NCBI GenBank assembly: GCA_001600815.1
Contig: BCKZ01000014.1
Location: forward strand, 372,001-436,000
Source of the DNA: Alloascoidea hylecoeti
Lineage: Eukaryota
Direction: 5' to 3'
Length of the DNA: 64,000 nucleotides
Below are positions 1 through 11,659 of this stretch, one piece after another. The notes under the pieces were generated by a model that had not been told where the DNA came from, did not search any database, and saw only the letters and a program-made list of their open reading frames with translations. The first letter of the stretch is position 1; each line of letters starts with the position of its first letter. A program made the position numbers and the translations under genes.

Positions 1-1655
1 TTTAAATGTGGTATATCAGTTACAGAACAAGCCATTAAATAACCATATAAAACTCTTAAAACACACTCATCGGCAATTACTAATAAATCACCGGGCATTC
101 TTTCCATTTCTAATATCAATGGTTCCATTCTAACAGCTACATCATGATATGATTCACCTCTTGGGAAAGGATGATGATATGGATTTTCTTCATGCTTTTT
201 TAACTCATTGGGAAATTTTTCTTCAATTTCTGAATGCGTGAGACCTGCAACATCACCTTGATTTAAATCTTTCAATTGCGATTTTTGATTAATCGGTATT
301 CCTTTCGATTCAAAGAATTGAGCTGTTTCACGGCTTTTTATACGTGTTGAAGTCCAAATAGCAAAATTAGTTTCTTCATCATTAATATTTTCCGGAGCTT
401 TAGATTCAACCGGTGTTAATGATTCGGCAGATTTAGTAGATTTAGGATCAGTATAACTTTCATCAGTCACTGCTTTAATATCGTTAACATTTAAATCAAC
501 ACTAACATCATTATCTAATTGTCGTTCTTCATTTCTTCTTTCTTCGAGTTTTTTTAATACTACCTCAGCGAGAGTTTTTGAATATTCAATTCCTTCATCA
601 GATAGAGAGAAATCCGTTTTGATATTAGTAGAAGATTTGTCAGATGTAGTAGTATTGGCTTGTGGTTTTTCTGTTTCAACTTTTTCAACTTTTCCTTCTC
701 TTGCAAAATAAACACATCCAGATTTGATTCTTGCATTCAGTAAATAAAAAACAATTCGATTTAATAAATACCCAAATGTTAAGTTATTAACAGTCATTTT
801 TTGACCAAAATTAATAATCTTAATATAACTTAAAGATTCAGATTCTTTAATTTCTTGATAATCATTAATTTTTTTAGATATTCTAACTAAATAATTTTCA
901 ACAGCTTTTTCAACATTCCAACCTTTATAATCTGGGCAAGTTCTAACTTGTTTAACATTTGATATAATAAGTTCAGGATCGGTTACTAAAGACTCGATAA
1001 ATAAGGTTCTGATGCTTTGTTTTCCAAATGTCTCCACTAATGACTTTCTTTCTGATTCTCTACCATTAATGGCATCAAATATAGCAACTTGACCGCCGTG
1101 TTCATTGAAAAATTTGGCCATGTCAGACATACATTCATCAAAGACTTTTTGGATGATAGATGTTGTTTCCTTGGATGGATTTACGGCAAAATATTCATCA
1201 CGCATATCATCATCACTTAAAAATCTTCTTCGGTAATCACCCATATGGAAGGGATGTGTTTTCACACCTAACCAGCGTAGATATCTTGTTAGTGATACAG
1301 TTAAATGTGTTTTCCCGCGCGCCGGCAAACCGACTAAAATAATACACAACCTCCCTGCGTGGAACAATCGTCCGGATTCCGTTAAGTAGGGTTGGGCCGG
1401 AGAGATATGATACGGAGATAAAGTATTATGAATAGCATCAACTTCAGTGTCATTTCTTCTTTTTATCTTCCTGGAAGAACTGTTTCCATCAATCTTCTCT
1501 AATGAAGTGTTAAGGGCCTCAAGTAGTGCGGGAGAAGGACGGGATGAAGTATTCAACGTAAGATCCCCGGATCCTAAGCCATTTTCCAAAGGTTTGAGGA
1601 CAGATGCACCCAATCCATATGTCAATTCAACCTCAAGACCATCCGAATCACTCAT
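1..1655 (-). CDS. 6-phosphofructo-2-kinase/fructose-2,6-bisphosphatase-like protein (YLR345W family), truncated by the window edge
   Basis: Manual translation from ATG at 1655: MSDSDGLEVEL...ESGRLFHAGRLCIILVGLPARGKTHLTVSLTRYLRWLGVKTHPFH (PFK-2 P-loop region). The frame stays open to position 1, so the ORF track missed it. Confidence 0.9.
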   Translation of the reverse strand, partial: MSDSDGLEVELTYGLGASVLKPLENGLGSGDLTLNTSSRPSPALLEALNTSLEKIDGNSSSRKIKRRNDTEVDAIHNTLSPYHISPAQPYLTESGRLFHAGRLCIILVGLPARGKTHLTVSLTRYLRWLGVKTHPFHMGDYRRRFLSDDDMRDEYFAVNPSKETTSIIQKVFDECMSDMAKFFNEHGGQVAIFDAINGRESERKSLVETFGKQSIRTLFIESLVTDPELIISNVKQVRTCPDYKGWNVEKAVENYLVRISKKINDYQEIKESESLSYIKIINFGQKMTVNNLTFGYLLNRIVFYLLNARIKSGCVYFAREGKVEKVETEKPQANTTTSDKSSTNIKTDFSLSDEGIEYSKTLAEVVLKKLEERRNEERQLDNDVSVDLNVNDIKAVTDESYTDPKSTKSAESLTPVESKAPENINDEETNFAIWTSTRIKSRETAQFFESKGIPINQKSQLKDLNQGDVAGLTHSEIEEKFPNELKKHEENPYHHPFPRGESYHDVAVRMEPLILEMERMPGDLLVIADECVLRVLYGYLMACSVTDIPHL

Positions 1656-1943
1656 TTTGGAAGACGTGGATGTTCAGGAAGACGGTTTATATTTAGCAGG
1701 AGATTTAAACTTATAACATCTGACGTACGGGTGTTACAATTAGCATACGAATTTTGAATTTATCAGATTTAAAGAAATTAATTAAACAGAAATTAAGACA
1801 AACGATAAATAATACTAGTATTATGTTTACGGTTGAAATTGTAAATATAGTAAGATGTGAATATTGTAAAACATTAAGAGTATATATATCGTCTAAATAC
1901 TTTTAACCATTTTGTAATTGTGGTCATTTTGACTTCGCTAATT

Positions 1944-2683
1944 TTACTCGGCATCAACACCTCCTTTACGCTTGAGGATGGCCTTTCTGTCTTTATCGAG
2001 CTTTAATTTGGTGATAACAACTTTAGAAGGGTGAACGTTTAATGGAACACTGGCACCATTGGCCTTTTCCTTGATTAATTTTTCGACTTGAACACCAAAC
2101 TTCAAACGGTAGACAGTTGTGACTTTTCCTTCATGACCTTTCTTGGAACCTCGGACAACTAAAACTTCATCATCTTTACGGATTGGGATAGATCTGACCT
2201 TGTATTTCTCTCGGAGTTCCTTTGATAATGGAGCAGAGAGAATAGTTCGTCTGACTGAAGATGGTGCGTTGAAGTGGGCGTAACGAGCCTTTCTTCTTGA
2301 ACTTGAAACGTCTAACAATATTGTTAATATAATTGAGCATTAAATATAATGTTGTATGATAATGATAATGAAGATGAATACGGATTTATCAAATGGGATT
2401 GTTTCAGATTCAACTTATCTTTGGTATCTATATCTGTCCAGAAAAGTTTAAAAGCATGGTATATTCTATACTAAAATAGATATTTTTCTGATTTTGATTC
2501 TTTTGAACATTTGTTTAAGTACTTCCTTCACAATTCTTTCATTTTTCACCCAGCATTATTGTTATATTGTAATATTGTTGTTCAACTCCCCTTAATTTGG
2601 TTCCCTGACTTCATTCATTCGTATATCATATCAATATTATACAATAAAATTAGCAAGCACATACCTTGTGAAACTTTAGCCAT
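1944..2683 (-). CDS. RPL26: 60S ribosomal protein L26 (uL24); exon 1 2683-2665 (MAKVSQ), intron 2664-2312, exon 2 2311-1944
   Basis: [56 protein letters not shown] donor, TATTAAC branch and TTAG acceptor join the exons in frame. Confidence 0.97.
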
Positions 2684-2764
2684 TTTTGTCGTTTATAGAT
2701 TCGAGGTTAATAATGTGAGTTGTTAATGTTATGTGCTCACCTGTGGTGTACTGAAATATACGCA

Positions 2765-2818
2765 GATGAATTTTTCAATCACAGACGGAAGTCACAGATT
2801 ATATAGGGCCTAACCCTA
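2765..2818. promoter_or_regulatory. RPL26 promoter elements: RRPE-like GATGAATTTTTCA, Homol-D-like AGTCACA, Tbf1/Homol-E-like TAGGGCCTAACCCTA
   Basis: Motifs lie 80-135 bp upstream of the RPL26 ATG. Confidence 0.5.
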
Positions 2819-3157
2819 TGTACTGCCATTTCTATCTACAAAAATTAATTCAAAGGTGTATAATAAGACCTTACAGCACTGAAAGATGAGATTAACATTG
2901 CATAAGTACAATATAAAAGAGAATCCTAAATCTAACTAAAAGGTATTAACTTAAAAATAAGAACATGTTTTGATTGAATAAAGTCAAGTTTAAACTACTG
3001 GAAGACAGAACAGGATATATAAGAATATACGTAAATATTACAGGGAAACTAGTCAATAAATCTGTCATCCTGAAAAAACTTTCTTATACCTGATACGTTT
3101 AACAAGACGTGTAGGAATGTTTTTTTTAAAAAAATAGGTCAAAATCACCAAAAACTT

Positions 3158-3229
3158 AGCTCCAGATGGGACTCGAACCCACAATCGCCGCCTCCGGAAA
3201 GCGGCGCCTTACCTTTAGGCCACTAGAGC
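3158..3229 (-). tRNA. tRNA-Arg(CCG), intronless
   Basis: Reverse complement GCTCTAGTGGCCTAAAGGTAAGGCGCCGCTTTCCGGAGGCGGCGATTGTGGGTTCGAGTCCCATCTGGAGCT: acceptor stem GCTCTAG/CTGGAGC, anticodon loop TTCCGGA, B-box GGTTCGAGTCC, downstream T-run terminator. Confidence 0.95.
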
Positions 3230-3372
3230 TGTAACTAAGCCGTGAAGTTTCATAGTTTAATTAGTTACAAAATTGTTTTTCTTTATAGGTTACCCGACGT
3301 TTAGATAAGTAAATACAGAATTTGAAATCGGTAATTGACCTAATTTATTGTCATATAAGCCTTTACATTCCG

Positions 3373-4311
3373 ATGAGTAATCCATTCAGATCAAATGGTA
3401 AATCAAAAGCAAATATACTACCATTATCTAGAAGTGATATTTCATTCAATAGCCGCTTAGAAAATAGCAATAATGTTAAAGGTAATGGTAAAGGTAAAGA
3501 AAAGGAGACAAATCCGATAGCGGCTTCATCACCACCAGCCTCCAATTTAAATCCTGTTCGGGTAGTTCCTAAAATAACATTGGTAAATCCTATAATTCGT
3601 TTCAGTAATGGCGTACTGCCAGATTTAGAACTGCCGTCTACAAGTGCAAATCAAATCACATCTGTGTGGATTAAGAATAAGATTCGGAATCAGCACCCAG
3701 AAATAAAAGAACGAAGATTAAAATTAATTCATGGAGGTAGGATAATTAGTGAGAAGACGAATTTCTTACGGGACGTGTTAAGGATTAATAAAGAAGGAGC
3801 TTCAAATGGATCTGAGCCGGAAGATAATGAACCTAGAAAGATTTATATTCATTGTCTAGTTGGTGATAATTTAACTCCAGAGGAGCTAATAAAAGAAAAT
3901 GAGCTAGATGCAACACAACCAGAGAAAAGTACAAGTGAAGCACCTATTGGATTTGACAGATTACGAACTGCTGGGTTTACGGAGCAGGAAATTGCAGATT
4001 TAAGAAGACAATTTTCAAGTTTATATGGTGGCTCACTAGCGGGTGGTGATGCTGATGTTAGAGCATTAGAAGAAAGATGGATAGAAAGTGGTGCTGGACC
4101 AGGTGATGATGAGTTCGCAAATGCAGCGGGTAGTAGTGCATTGGGTGGCAATGAAGATTTATTGTTAGGCATAATGATGGGATTTTTCCTTGGACTTTTA
4201 TCTGTTTATTTCATGAGAGAATCAAGTTTATATTCAAAAAGACAGAGGATGGCTATTTTAGCTGGGTTAGCTACAAATTGTGCTTTTTCGATATTAAGAC
4301 TTTATTATTGA
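3373..4311 (+). CDS. DSC3: DSC E3 ligase complex subunit 3 (UBL domain plus C-terminal TM helices)
   Basis: IIRFSNGVLPDL...RRLKLIHGGRII...YIHCLVG, APIGFDRLRTAGFTEQEIADLRRQF, LEERWIE, QRMAILAG. First ATG is at 3373. Confidence 0.85.
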   Translation: MSNPFRSNGKSKANILPLSRSDISFNSRLENSNNVKGNGKGKEKETNPIAASSPPASNLNPVRVVPKITLVNPIIRFSNGVLPDLELPSTSANQITSVWIKNKIRNQHPEIKERRLKLIHGGRIISEKTNFLRDVLRINKEGASNGSEPEDNEPRKIYIHCLVGDNLTPEELIKENELDATQPEKSTSEAPIGFDRLRTAGFTEQEIADLRRQFSSLYGGSLAGGDADVRALEERWIESGAGPGDDEFANAAGSSALGGNEDLLLGIMMGFFLGLLSVYFMRESSLYSKRQRMAILAGLATNCAFSILRLYY

Positions 4312-5258
4312 ATCCTTGAATTCAAATAAGGAATTCAAACAATCAATATATAATATATAAAATGCATTTGATTGTGTTTCATTTTAATGTTGGGGTTAAT
4401 GATAAATAATATACCATGTTATGATTTTTTATCTTTATGAATTATTGATTTCCATTGTTAGAGATTTGCTGTATTTATAATCATAACTAAAATAACTAAT
4501 TCGGCCTATTGAAATTTTATAATATTAATGGTTATACCTTTTGATTATAAGAAATCGTATATATCTACGTACTTTTAATTTCTTTATTGTGTATCGTCAC
4601 TTCAAACTATACTGGTACATAGGTGTAGCTAAATCTAGCTATAAAAAACAACTAGTAATTGCTTCAAAAGATAAATGTAATCATTTTAACTCAACCACTG
4701 AAGAAGAAGAAGGAGAAGATTTATTAAATCTAGGTAACTCAACAGGCCAGGTACTGTCAAAATCTAACCTTATAGGAAACTATGGTAACGAGATTTAAAG
4801 AATGAGTCAATGGATACCTGTTTCAATTCATTTCTCAATAAATCACATATTGGTAGATATTCCAAATTTTTCAAAATCTGCTAATCGACGAAATGCATCA
4901 AATTAGCTATATCGATATGTAATTTATATCACCAATATTGCAATTAATTATGTAAGATGTAGTTTATAAACATGTGCGGCACAAGGCTATTATTTCCTCG
5001 GTAAGGATTTCTTGTATAAACTGCATCAAGCCAAACACATTTTTTTTACTGCAATTCAATTGGTGAAATCAAAAACATGGAAGCTTTGATACGATATCCG
5101 GCTGATAAGAATATCATAATATTAGTCTTCGACATTCTGAAGTAACTATAAAAGGCTAAATATTCCGCAAATGAAAATTTCAGCTTTAAGATTCTAGATC
5201 TAAACCAATCATTAAAAATATATTGATATTTGGGTTCACAACATTGATCAATTTCAAT

Positions 5259-7112
5259 ATGCTTATAAAGACATTTATTGGGTTGACGTTTACTTCAATT
5301 GTTGCTGGTTCAAATTTGGTAGATAAATATTGGCCAAGTTTTTTAAGCCGGAAGGAGGAAGATATTGTCCAAAATGCCCTTGAAACTCTTTATAAAATTG
5401 GGAATTCGACTCAATCAAAATGTGAGATATGTCGTGAAACAATGAATTTTGGAAAAAGTTTAGCATTGCAAAGAACCGAATTATTTAGTGAAGTATTTAC
5501 AAGGTGGTGCGAAGAAGTACAAGGCAAAAAACCAATGGCATGTGATGCTACATTTGGGGAAGCAACGGTTCATGCTTCCACCAGAGGTGGGGATATGGCA
5601 AATGCATTGACTCTGATGGATTTATATAGTATAGATGGTGATTATTTTTGTTATTATCAAATGAGTAAGGCATGTCCATTACCAGCTACTCCAAATATTG
5701 ATATTTCATATATGTTACCACCAAAACCTGATAATGTTACAACACCTAAAGAATCTGGTGAAACTTTCAATATTCTTCATTTATCCGATTTTCATCTCAG
5801 CCTAGATTATGAAGCTGGACAAGAAGCTAACTGTACTGACACTACAATGTGTTGCACTAAAAATTCATATAACAAACACCTCCCAAAAGGTGAGATTTCA
5901 GTGCCTGCTCTTCCTTGGGGATCTTACAGTTGTGATCTCCCTGAAATAATGATTCAAGATGGCTTGCGAGGAGCAGTGTCTTTGGGTGATAATGAAAATC
6001 TTGATTTTGAATTTACTCTTTATACCGGCGACTTAGTTGATCATAGTCGTGAAGAGTTTGTTACGCTAGAAAATGTTATAGAAGGAGAAGCTAGAGTTTT
6101 TAAGGACATGAAAAAGGCGTTGAAAGATATTCCAGTTTATGCCACTTTAGGTAATCATGATTGTTTCCCTTACGGTCAATTAGCACCAGAGAACTCTGGA
6201 TTTGAAAATAAACATAATTGGAATGCTGATTTGTTTGCTGATCTTTGGACCGACTATGGATGGATTAAAAATGATAAAAAGATGGAAGTTAAAACACATT
6301 ATGCTGGATTCTCCATTACTCCTAAACCAGGTCTTAAGATAATTTCTTACAATTCAAATACATTCTATAAAAAAAACGTTTATGCCTTCTACAATATGAC
6401 ACATCCAGATCAATTTGGTACATTACAATTTTTAATTGATGAGTTGAGTGCTTCTGAGTTAATTGGAGAAAGGGTTTGGATTATATCTCATATTCCTATT
6501 GGATATGATGATACTCTTCCAATTGTATCTGAGTCTTTCACAAAAGTGGTAGAAAGATTTTCTCCATCCACGATTGCTGCTATATTCTATGGGCACACTC
6601 ATTATGATGAATTTGCTGTAATGTATGCTAATAATGCAACCGAAAAATCAGCTGAGACGGCTTTAAATGTTGGTTTAATTTCTCAATCTTTATCGACATT
6701 TACCGATAATAATCCTTCTTTTAGATATTATGAAATCGATTCAAATTCATATTCTGTTATAAATGCATATAATTATTATACAAAGCTAAATGATACTTTC
6801 TCGGATCCCGATGATATTACTGAATTGGTTTGGGAATTTGAATATTCAGCTAGAGATGTTTATGATGTTAATGGCACATGGCCAGCAAATGCTCCTTTAA
6901 ATGCAACATTTTGGCATAATGCTGCCAAGGAAATTCGAGTTAATCCTACAGTGGCACAAAAGTTTTACGAATTTAAAACAAGATTTGGGCCAACAGTTGG
7001 TGATTGCTCTTCCGAGGATTGTAGAGAGGCTTTATATTGTTTGTTAACGTCCTTTACAACACCTTTGTTGTTCGAATGTCCTATTGACGATCTTTTCTCA
7101 TTTCCATGGTGA
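5259..7112 (+). CDS. Secreted acid sphingomyelinase-like metallophosphoesterase
   Basis: Signal peptide, saposin-like Cys N-domain, calcineurin-like motifs HLSDFH, YTGDLVDH, LGNHD, SHIP, GHTH. Confidence 0.88.
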   Translation: MLIKTFIGLTFTSIVAGSNLVDKYWPSFLSRKEEDIVQNALETLYKIGNSTQSKCEICRETMNFGKSLALQRTELFSEVFTRWCEEVQGKKPMACDATFGEATVHASTRGGDMANALTLMDLYSIDGDYFCYYQMSKACPLPATPNIDISYMLPPKPDNVTTPKESGETFNILHLSDFHLSLDYEAGQEANCTDTTMCCTKNSYNKHLPKGEISVPALPWGSYSCDLPEIMIQDGLRGAVSLGDNENLDFEFTLYTGDLVDHSREEFVTLENVIEGEARVFKDMKKALKDIPVYATLGNHDCFPYGQLAPENSGFENKHNWNADLFADLWTDYGWIKNDKKMEVKTHYAGFSITPKPGLKIISYNSNTFYKKNVYAFYNMTHPDQFGTLQFLIDELSASELIGERVWIISHIPIGYDDTLPIVSESFTKVVERFSPSTIAAIFYGHTHYDEFAVMYANNATEKSAETALNVGLISQSLSTFTDNNPSFRYYEIDSNSYSVINAYNYYTKLNDTFSDPDDITELVWEFEYSARDVYDVNGTWPANAPLNATFWHNAAKEIRVNPTVAQKFYEFKTRFGPTVGDCSSEDCREALYCLLTSFTTPLLFECPIDDLFSFPW

Positions 7113-7917
7113 TATGAAAAGGATTTTATCAGGGAAAAATAGCAAGCTTATGAACTTTCAATTGATGCATCGATTTCAGTACAATTCACTTATTCTGGTA
7201 AATAAATAAAATATTTATTTCGTATACAATTAATATAGATTAGATAGAGGATCCAACACAAATAACATATACATGTATAACTTAACATTATAAAGTTAAG
7301 TCTTGTATCAGAAACTATCTTGATTATTTCATTGCCGTTTTGAGGTAATCTTAGAGGATGTTGGTGACAAGTATATTTAATATTAATTCTGGAACCGGTT
7401 CCATATCCATTTTAAATTAAGAAAACATGCTTTATAATTATATAGTTTATCATTCCAAAGATTTTAAGGACAACTAAATAGGGATAATTGTGGGTTTGGT
7501 AACCAACTGGTAAGCTCTTTGTTAACCAAAACATGATAGAGTAAAGTAATCAGCTTAGGTTTACAGAATAAGTCATGATTTTCTTCACCTCCTATTATAT
7601 ATGTATGTAATACTTCCGTCGGACAAAGAGTCCGAGCATGTTATTATATCCTTAAGTTTGTATCTCGCTAATTCGTATAAAGACCGAAGCATATCAATAG
7701 CAGAAGATTACTTAGTACCGTATTATTGAAGCTTCATGTGTAATTAGTTGTTAATTGTAATTAGAGAAGAAATGACTCTTGATACAAGTTCAACATGGTC
7801 TGTGACAACTCATTTGTAGTAACTGTCAATAAAATGAGTAATGATATTTAATTATTTACATAAAACTGAAAATATAAAAAGGGTGCCATTGTCAGATCTA
7901 TAATAGTTATCCTTCCT

Positions 7918-8997
7918 TTAACTTAATATTGGTAAAAAGTTTCCTATTATCATCATTGGTATTCCAAATACATCTCGTTTCATAGTCATCATTAAAGTTG
8001 TTCGAATTCTTTCTTTATTTGGAGTTAATAGAGTACAATGGGACATTGAGGCGCCTTTATAGTCACCGAAAGTAAGTTTTGAAAGAGTTCTAAAATATTG
8101 AAGAACAGATTCATCATCCATTAGCTCAATTATATAAGTAGTTTGCGTTAATAACTTTTCTTGCGTCCACCCCGTTAAAATTGAAAACTCTTTACCTGCA
8201 TAAGCGACTTGACCAGTACGTCGCCATATTATTGTAGGTGTTCCTGATATTGATATAAACCGTTGGTACTCTAATAATGTTCGTTGAAAGCAAATTTCCA
8301 TGAAGATTAAATCTTCTTCTTTTAGATTCCTTGTACAAGCAATTATACTAGGCCTGTATCTTGACATAGATTTGGCTATATCTATAATGTAATTTTTATT
8401 AAATCTGGACTCTAAATAAGCAAGAAGACCATGAAAACCTTGTGTATATCTGAAAGATTCACGAACATGTTCATAAACCTCAGAAGGATATCTATATTCC
8501 ACATAATTTTCTGGATTATGCAAATACATTGAATTATAAGTTTTATAGTTATCTATGGCCGCCGGTATATGATTATCTTCCATTCCGTCCGTCCCAATAG
8601 CAAATGATAAGACAGATCTTGATTCTGTTTGCAATTGGAAACTTAATTCATTGTTAGATGAGATGCTAGAAGGTGAATTTTCTCCCTTTTTTTGATTTTT
8701 CAAAATATCTCTCATAACTTCTGGAAAGGAAACACTATGTTGATTGTTAGAAGACACTTTTCCTAGATAATACTGGTTTATCGAAAATGATTCTGTGTGA
8801 TTATGATCAGTATTCGTGGTACTTGTACCATAAAGAGGTATAGCACAAGTACTTTGACTACTTAAGGTTTCGATTGAGGTACTCGTACGCGCTGAGTCTG
8901 TATCATAGTAATATGATGGATCGTCAAAAATATTCGAGGTACTTGTAACATCGTTTAAATTTGGTGTCAGTTCAAGGACAGATTTCGTCAGTGGCAT
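7918..8997 (-). CDS. ERT1/AcuK-like gluconeogenic regulator: C-terminal PAS-like domain present, no Zn2Cys6 cluster in the ORF
   Basis: FRYTQGFHGLLAYLESRF...EEDLIFMEICFQRTLLEY...GTPTIIWRRTGQV...KRDVFGIPMMIIGNFLPIL matches the Ert1 C-terminal half. First ATG is at 8997. Confidence 0.8.
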   Translation of the reverse strand: MPLTKSVLELTPNLNDVTSTSNIFDDPSYYYDTDSARTSTSIETLSSQSTCAIPLYGTSTTNTDHNHTESFSINQYYLGKVSSNNQHSVSFPEVMRDILKNQKKGENSPSSISSNNELSFQLQTESRSVLSFAIGTDGMEDNHIPAAIDNYKTYNSMYLHNPENYVEYRYPSEVYEHVRESFRYTQGFHGLLAYLESRFNKNYIIDIAKSMSRYRPSIIACTRNLKEEDLIFMEICFQRTLLEYQRFISISGTPTIIWRRTGQVAYAGKEFSILTGWTQEKLLTQTTYIIELMDDESVLQYFRTLSKLTFGDYKGASMSHCTLLTPNKERIRTTLMMTMKRDVFGIPMMIIGNFLPILS

Positions 8998-11659
8998 TCT
9001 GTTTTTGCAGCTACTATATTTCACGATCGCGATGTTGTTATAAATATTGTTATGATCAATAAAATGCACTACCCCAGATGAAAAGGAAGGGTCCAACTGA
9101 TGATCGTGAAAATGGTAATTTTCTTTAATTAGGCAAATCTTTTAAATGACTATTATTAAAGAATTTATAAATCCGGGGGATATCCGAGAGAAATTCAATA
9201 GGAATAAGTTTGGTATAAGATTATATAATTGAGAAGGTCTATTTTCATCTATATAAAAGCAATGGAGATTAACCAGAGACTATTAAAGGAGTAATGAAAT
9301 CACATTAAAAGATATGATACGTTACATTAATGTTTTATAGTAAAGTATCGTGATGACTATATAAATGGTATACATATGCATATTATGCACTGATCAAGAT
9401 CAATATTGCATGCACCAAGTTGTATCTTGAGCTTCGTTGTGACTTGACTTTGACGTTGTGTTGCAACCAATTTTAATATAATTCACATTTAACTTTACTA
9501 TAGTTGAGAGTCTTGAGACTATAATTAATTATATTTTTCTCTTAAAAGCTCATAATGAGGATTACTGGTTTCAAATAGAATGTTAACTATTTCTTGTAAA
9601 TAGTAATGTATATTGATATCGATATATACCGTTAATTACAATTAGTTTACTTTATAGCATTTCATATATCCCAAATATATGCGATCGGTAAACCACCCGT
9701 AAACCAAAACGTACACAATCATCCAAAAACGCAGCAGAAAGCTTAGTCTCATTAATATTTTGATTGATCATGGTCATATAATTAGTTACTTTATTCGATA
9801 TATATCTAGTCATCTCAAGCTCTCTACTTGGTCACAGATTCAATAAAATTGTATATTTATTTCGTGTTTATCACCATAGTTCTTTCTTCTTGGACGACAT
9901 ACCAAATTTAAAAGTAGATTGTAATAAAAGAATATCTGATCAATTGCAAGCAATATTGTAAGAAATTAACATATATGTGAACTAGTTATAGTATATCACA
10001 TATAATCTATTTCCGGCACCAAAAATATATATTTAATAATTGCCCCATAATATATAAGGTTAATCTTTAATTATCGATGTTAAATGAATAGCTATAGCAG
10101 TATATTATAAGTCTTCATATGATTGAATTTAAATTTTGCAATAGTCGGTATAAATATTGAGCTAGAGTTTCAGTTGAAACAACGTTACTGTATTCCGAAT
10201 TCGCTGAAGCACGATATATCACTATATTACCTTATAATAACTAATCAGCATTAAAATTGAGCTCATATATATATATATATTCTTGTAATCATGGCTTCGG
10301 CTATGTTCAGGCGTTATTTCCAAATGATTTTATTAGTCTATAACTGGAAATAAAAACAGCAACAAACAGTAACAACAGTGAGATATCTCTAACCATACAT
10401 TGTAATTACATAAACACGGTTAAATATAAAAATCTTATAAGAATATTTAAAATAAATTGAGAATTTTAAGTCGCTATATATTATAAATGCTTTAAAAAAA
10501 ATGAAATTAAACAAAGTATATAATTAGGAATATAACGGGGAAGTATTAAACGGCGTTCCTCAATATTGCGAGAAATATACGTCTAACAGAACTTGGCGCG
10601 GGAAACATCACCTGCGAACCAGCTGAATTAGCTCCGACTTATTGCGTAACTACAGCTATTGGGATTCTTCTCCTAAGCTTGTAATTGATGTCTCTGACGT
10701 TTTGTGGAGTTAATTAGTTTTGAAATGTTTTTTTTTTCATCACTCCACAAGAGTCATACATACACTTATTACAGTTGCATCGACTATATCAGCCGTATGC
10801 ATATATTTTGAGATAACGTATGGATTTTTCCGATCTTGCATATTCTTTAAAATAAATTTAGAAAGAATCATTAGTTTATCAAAAATATACATAGAAAGCT
10901 TCTGATGTTTTCATTAGTTGTAAGAGCTTATAGGAAGAAAAAATCAGCATCTGGAATTTTTATAGTTATATATAAACTATAGGTATCAATATATGCACTT
11001 TTAAGAAAACTTATTAATTATGATGACTACAAAACATACTTTCTAGAAAGCTTAAGTTTATTATGAGACATCTGTGTATGCATCTGCACCAAGCGATTTT
11101 TCCGCGAGACTAACAATTTCATATAACGGATTTATCCTAAAAATTGTAATTTAACAATAGAACAATGACAATAATTAATAATATTATCATTATTTTATGG
11201 GAAGTTTAAAGCGAACTGCATAAGAATTTATAGATCTCAAATGTTCTTCTAGCCAGATCGATGAATGACTACTCCAATACAGGTAAAATTTCCTAATGAT
11301 TCACCTTCTATGACACATTATAGCAGTTTTTAAAATTAGTTTATATATCGGACCCCGAATATAAGTTTGAAGAGCTCGAGGTGGCCATGATTACTTCACA
11401 AGTTCTCAAGTTCTCAAGTTCTATATAAAGGAACTAAATTGAGCTGCTATACTTAGAGGTTTATTTTATTCAAAGCCTTCAAACTTAATAAAGTTCACTA
11501 TAAATTAATATCTCTTATTTATTTGTTATAATTATCAATCAAACACAAATATTATAACTAAGCTTAAACTTCGACTTTAAATATAATATAAAATTAATAC
11601 AATTAGTTACACGATTAAAAAGATACCTATTTTTCAATTGAAAATCTTACACTTATAAA

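Noticed and set aside
4680..4890. Minus-strand fragment LKNLEYLPICDLLR, vaguely F-box-like
   Set aside because: Too short and interrupted by stops.
7619..7635. Palindrome TCGGAC-N5-GTCCGA
   Set aside because: It lies between convergent 3' ends, and 6-bp arms can occur by chance.
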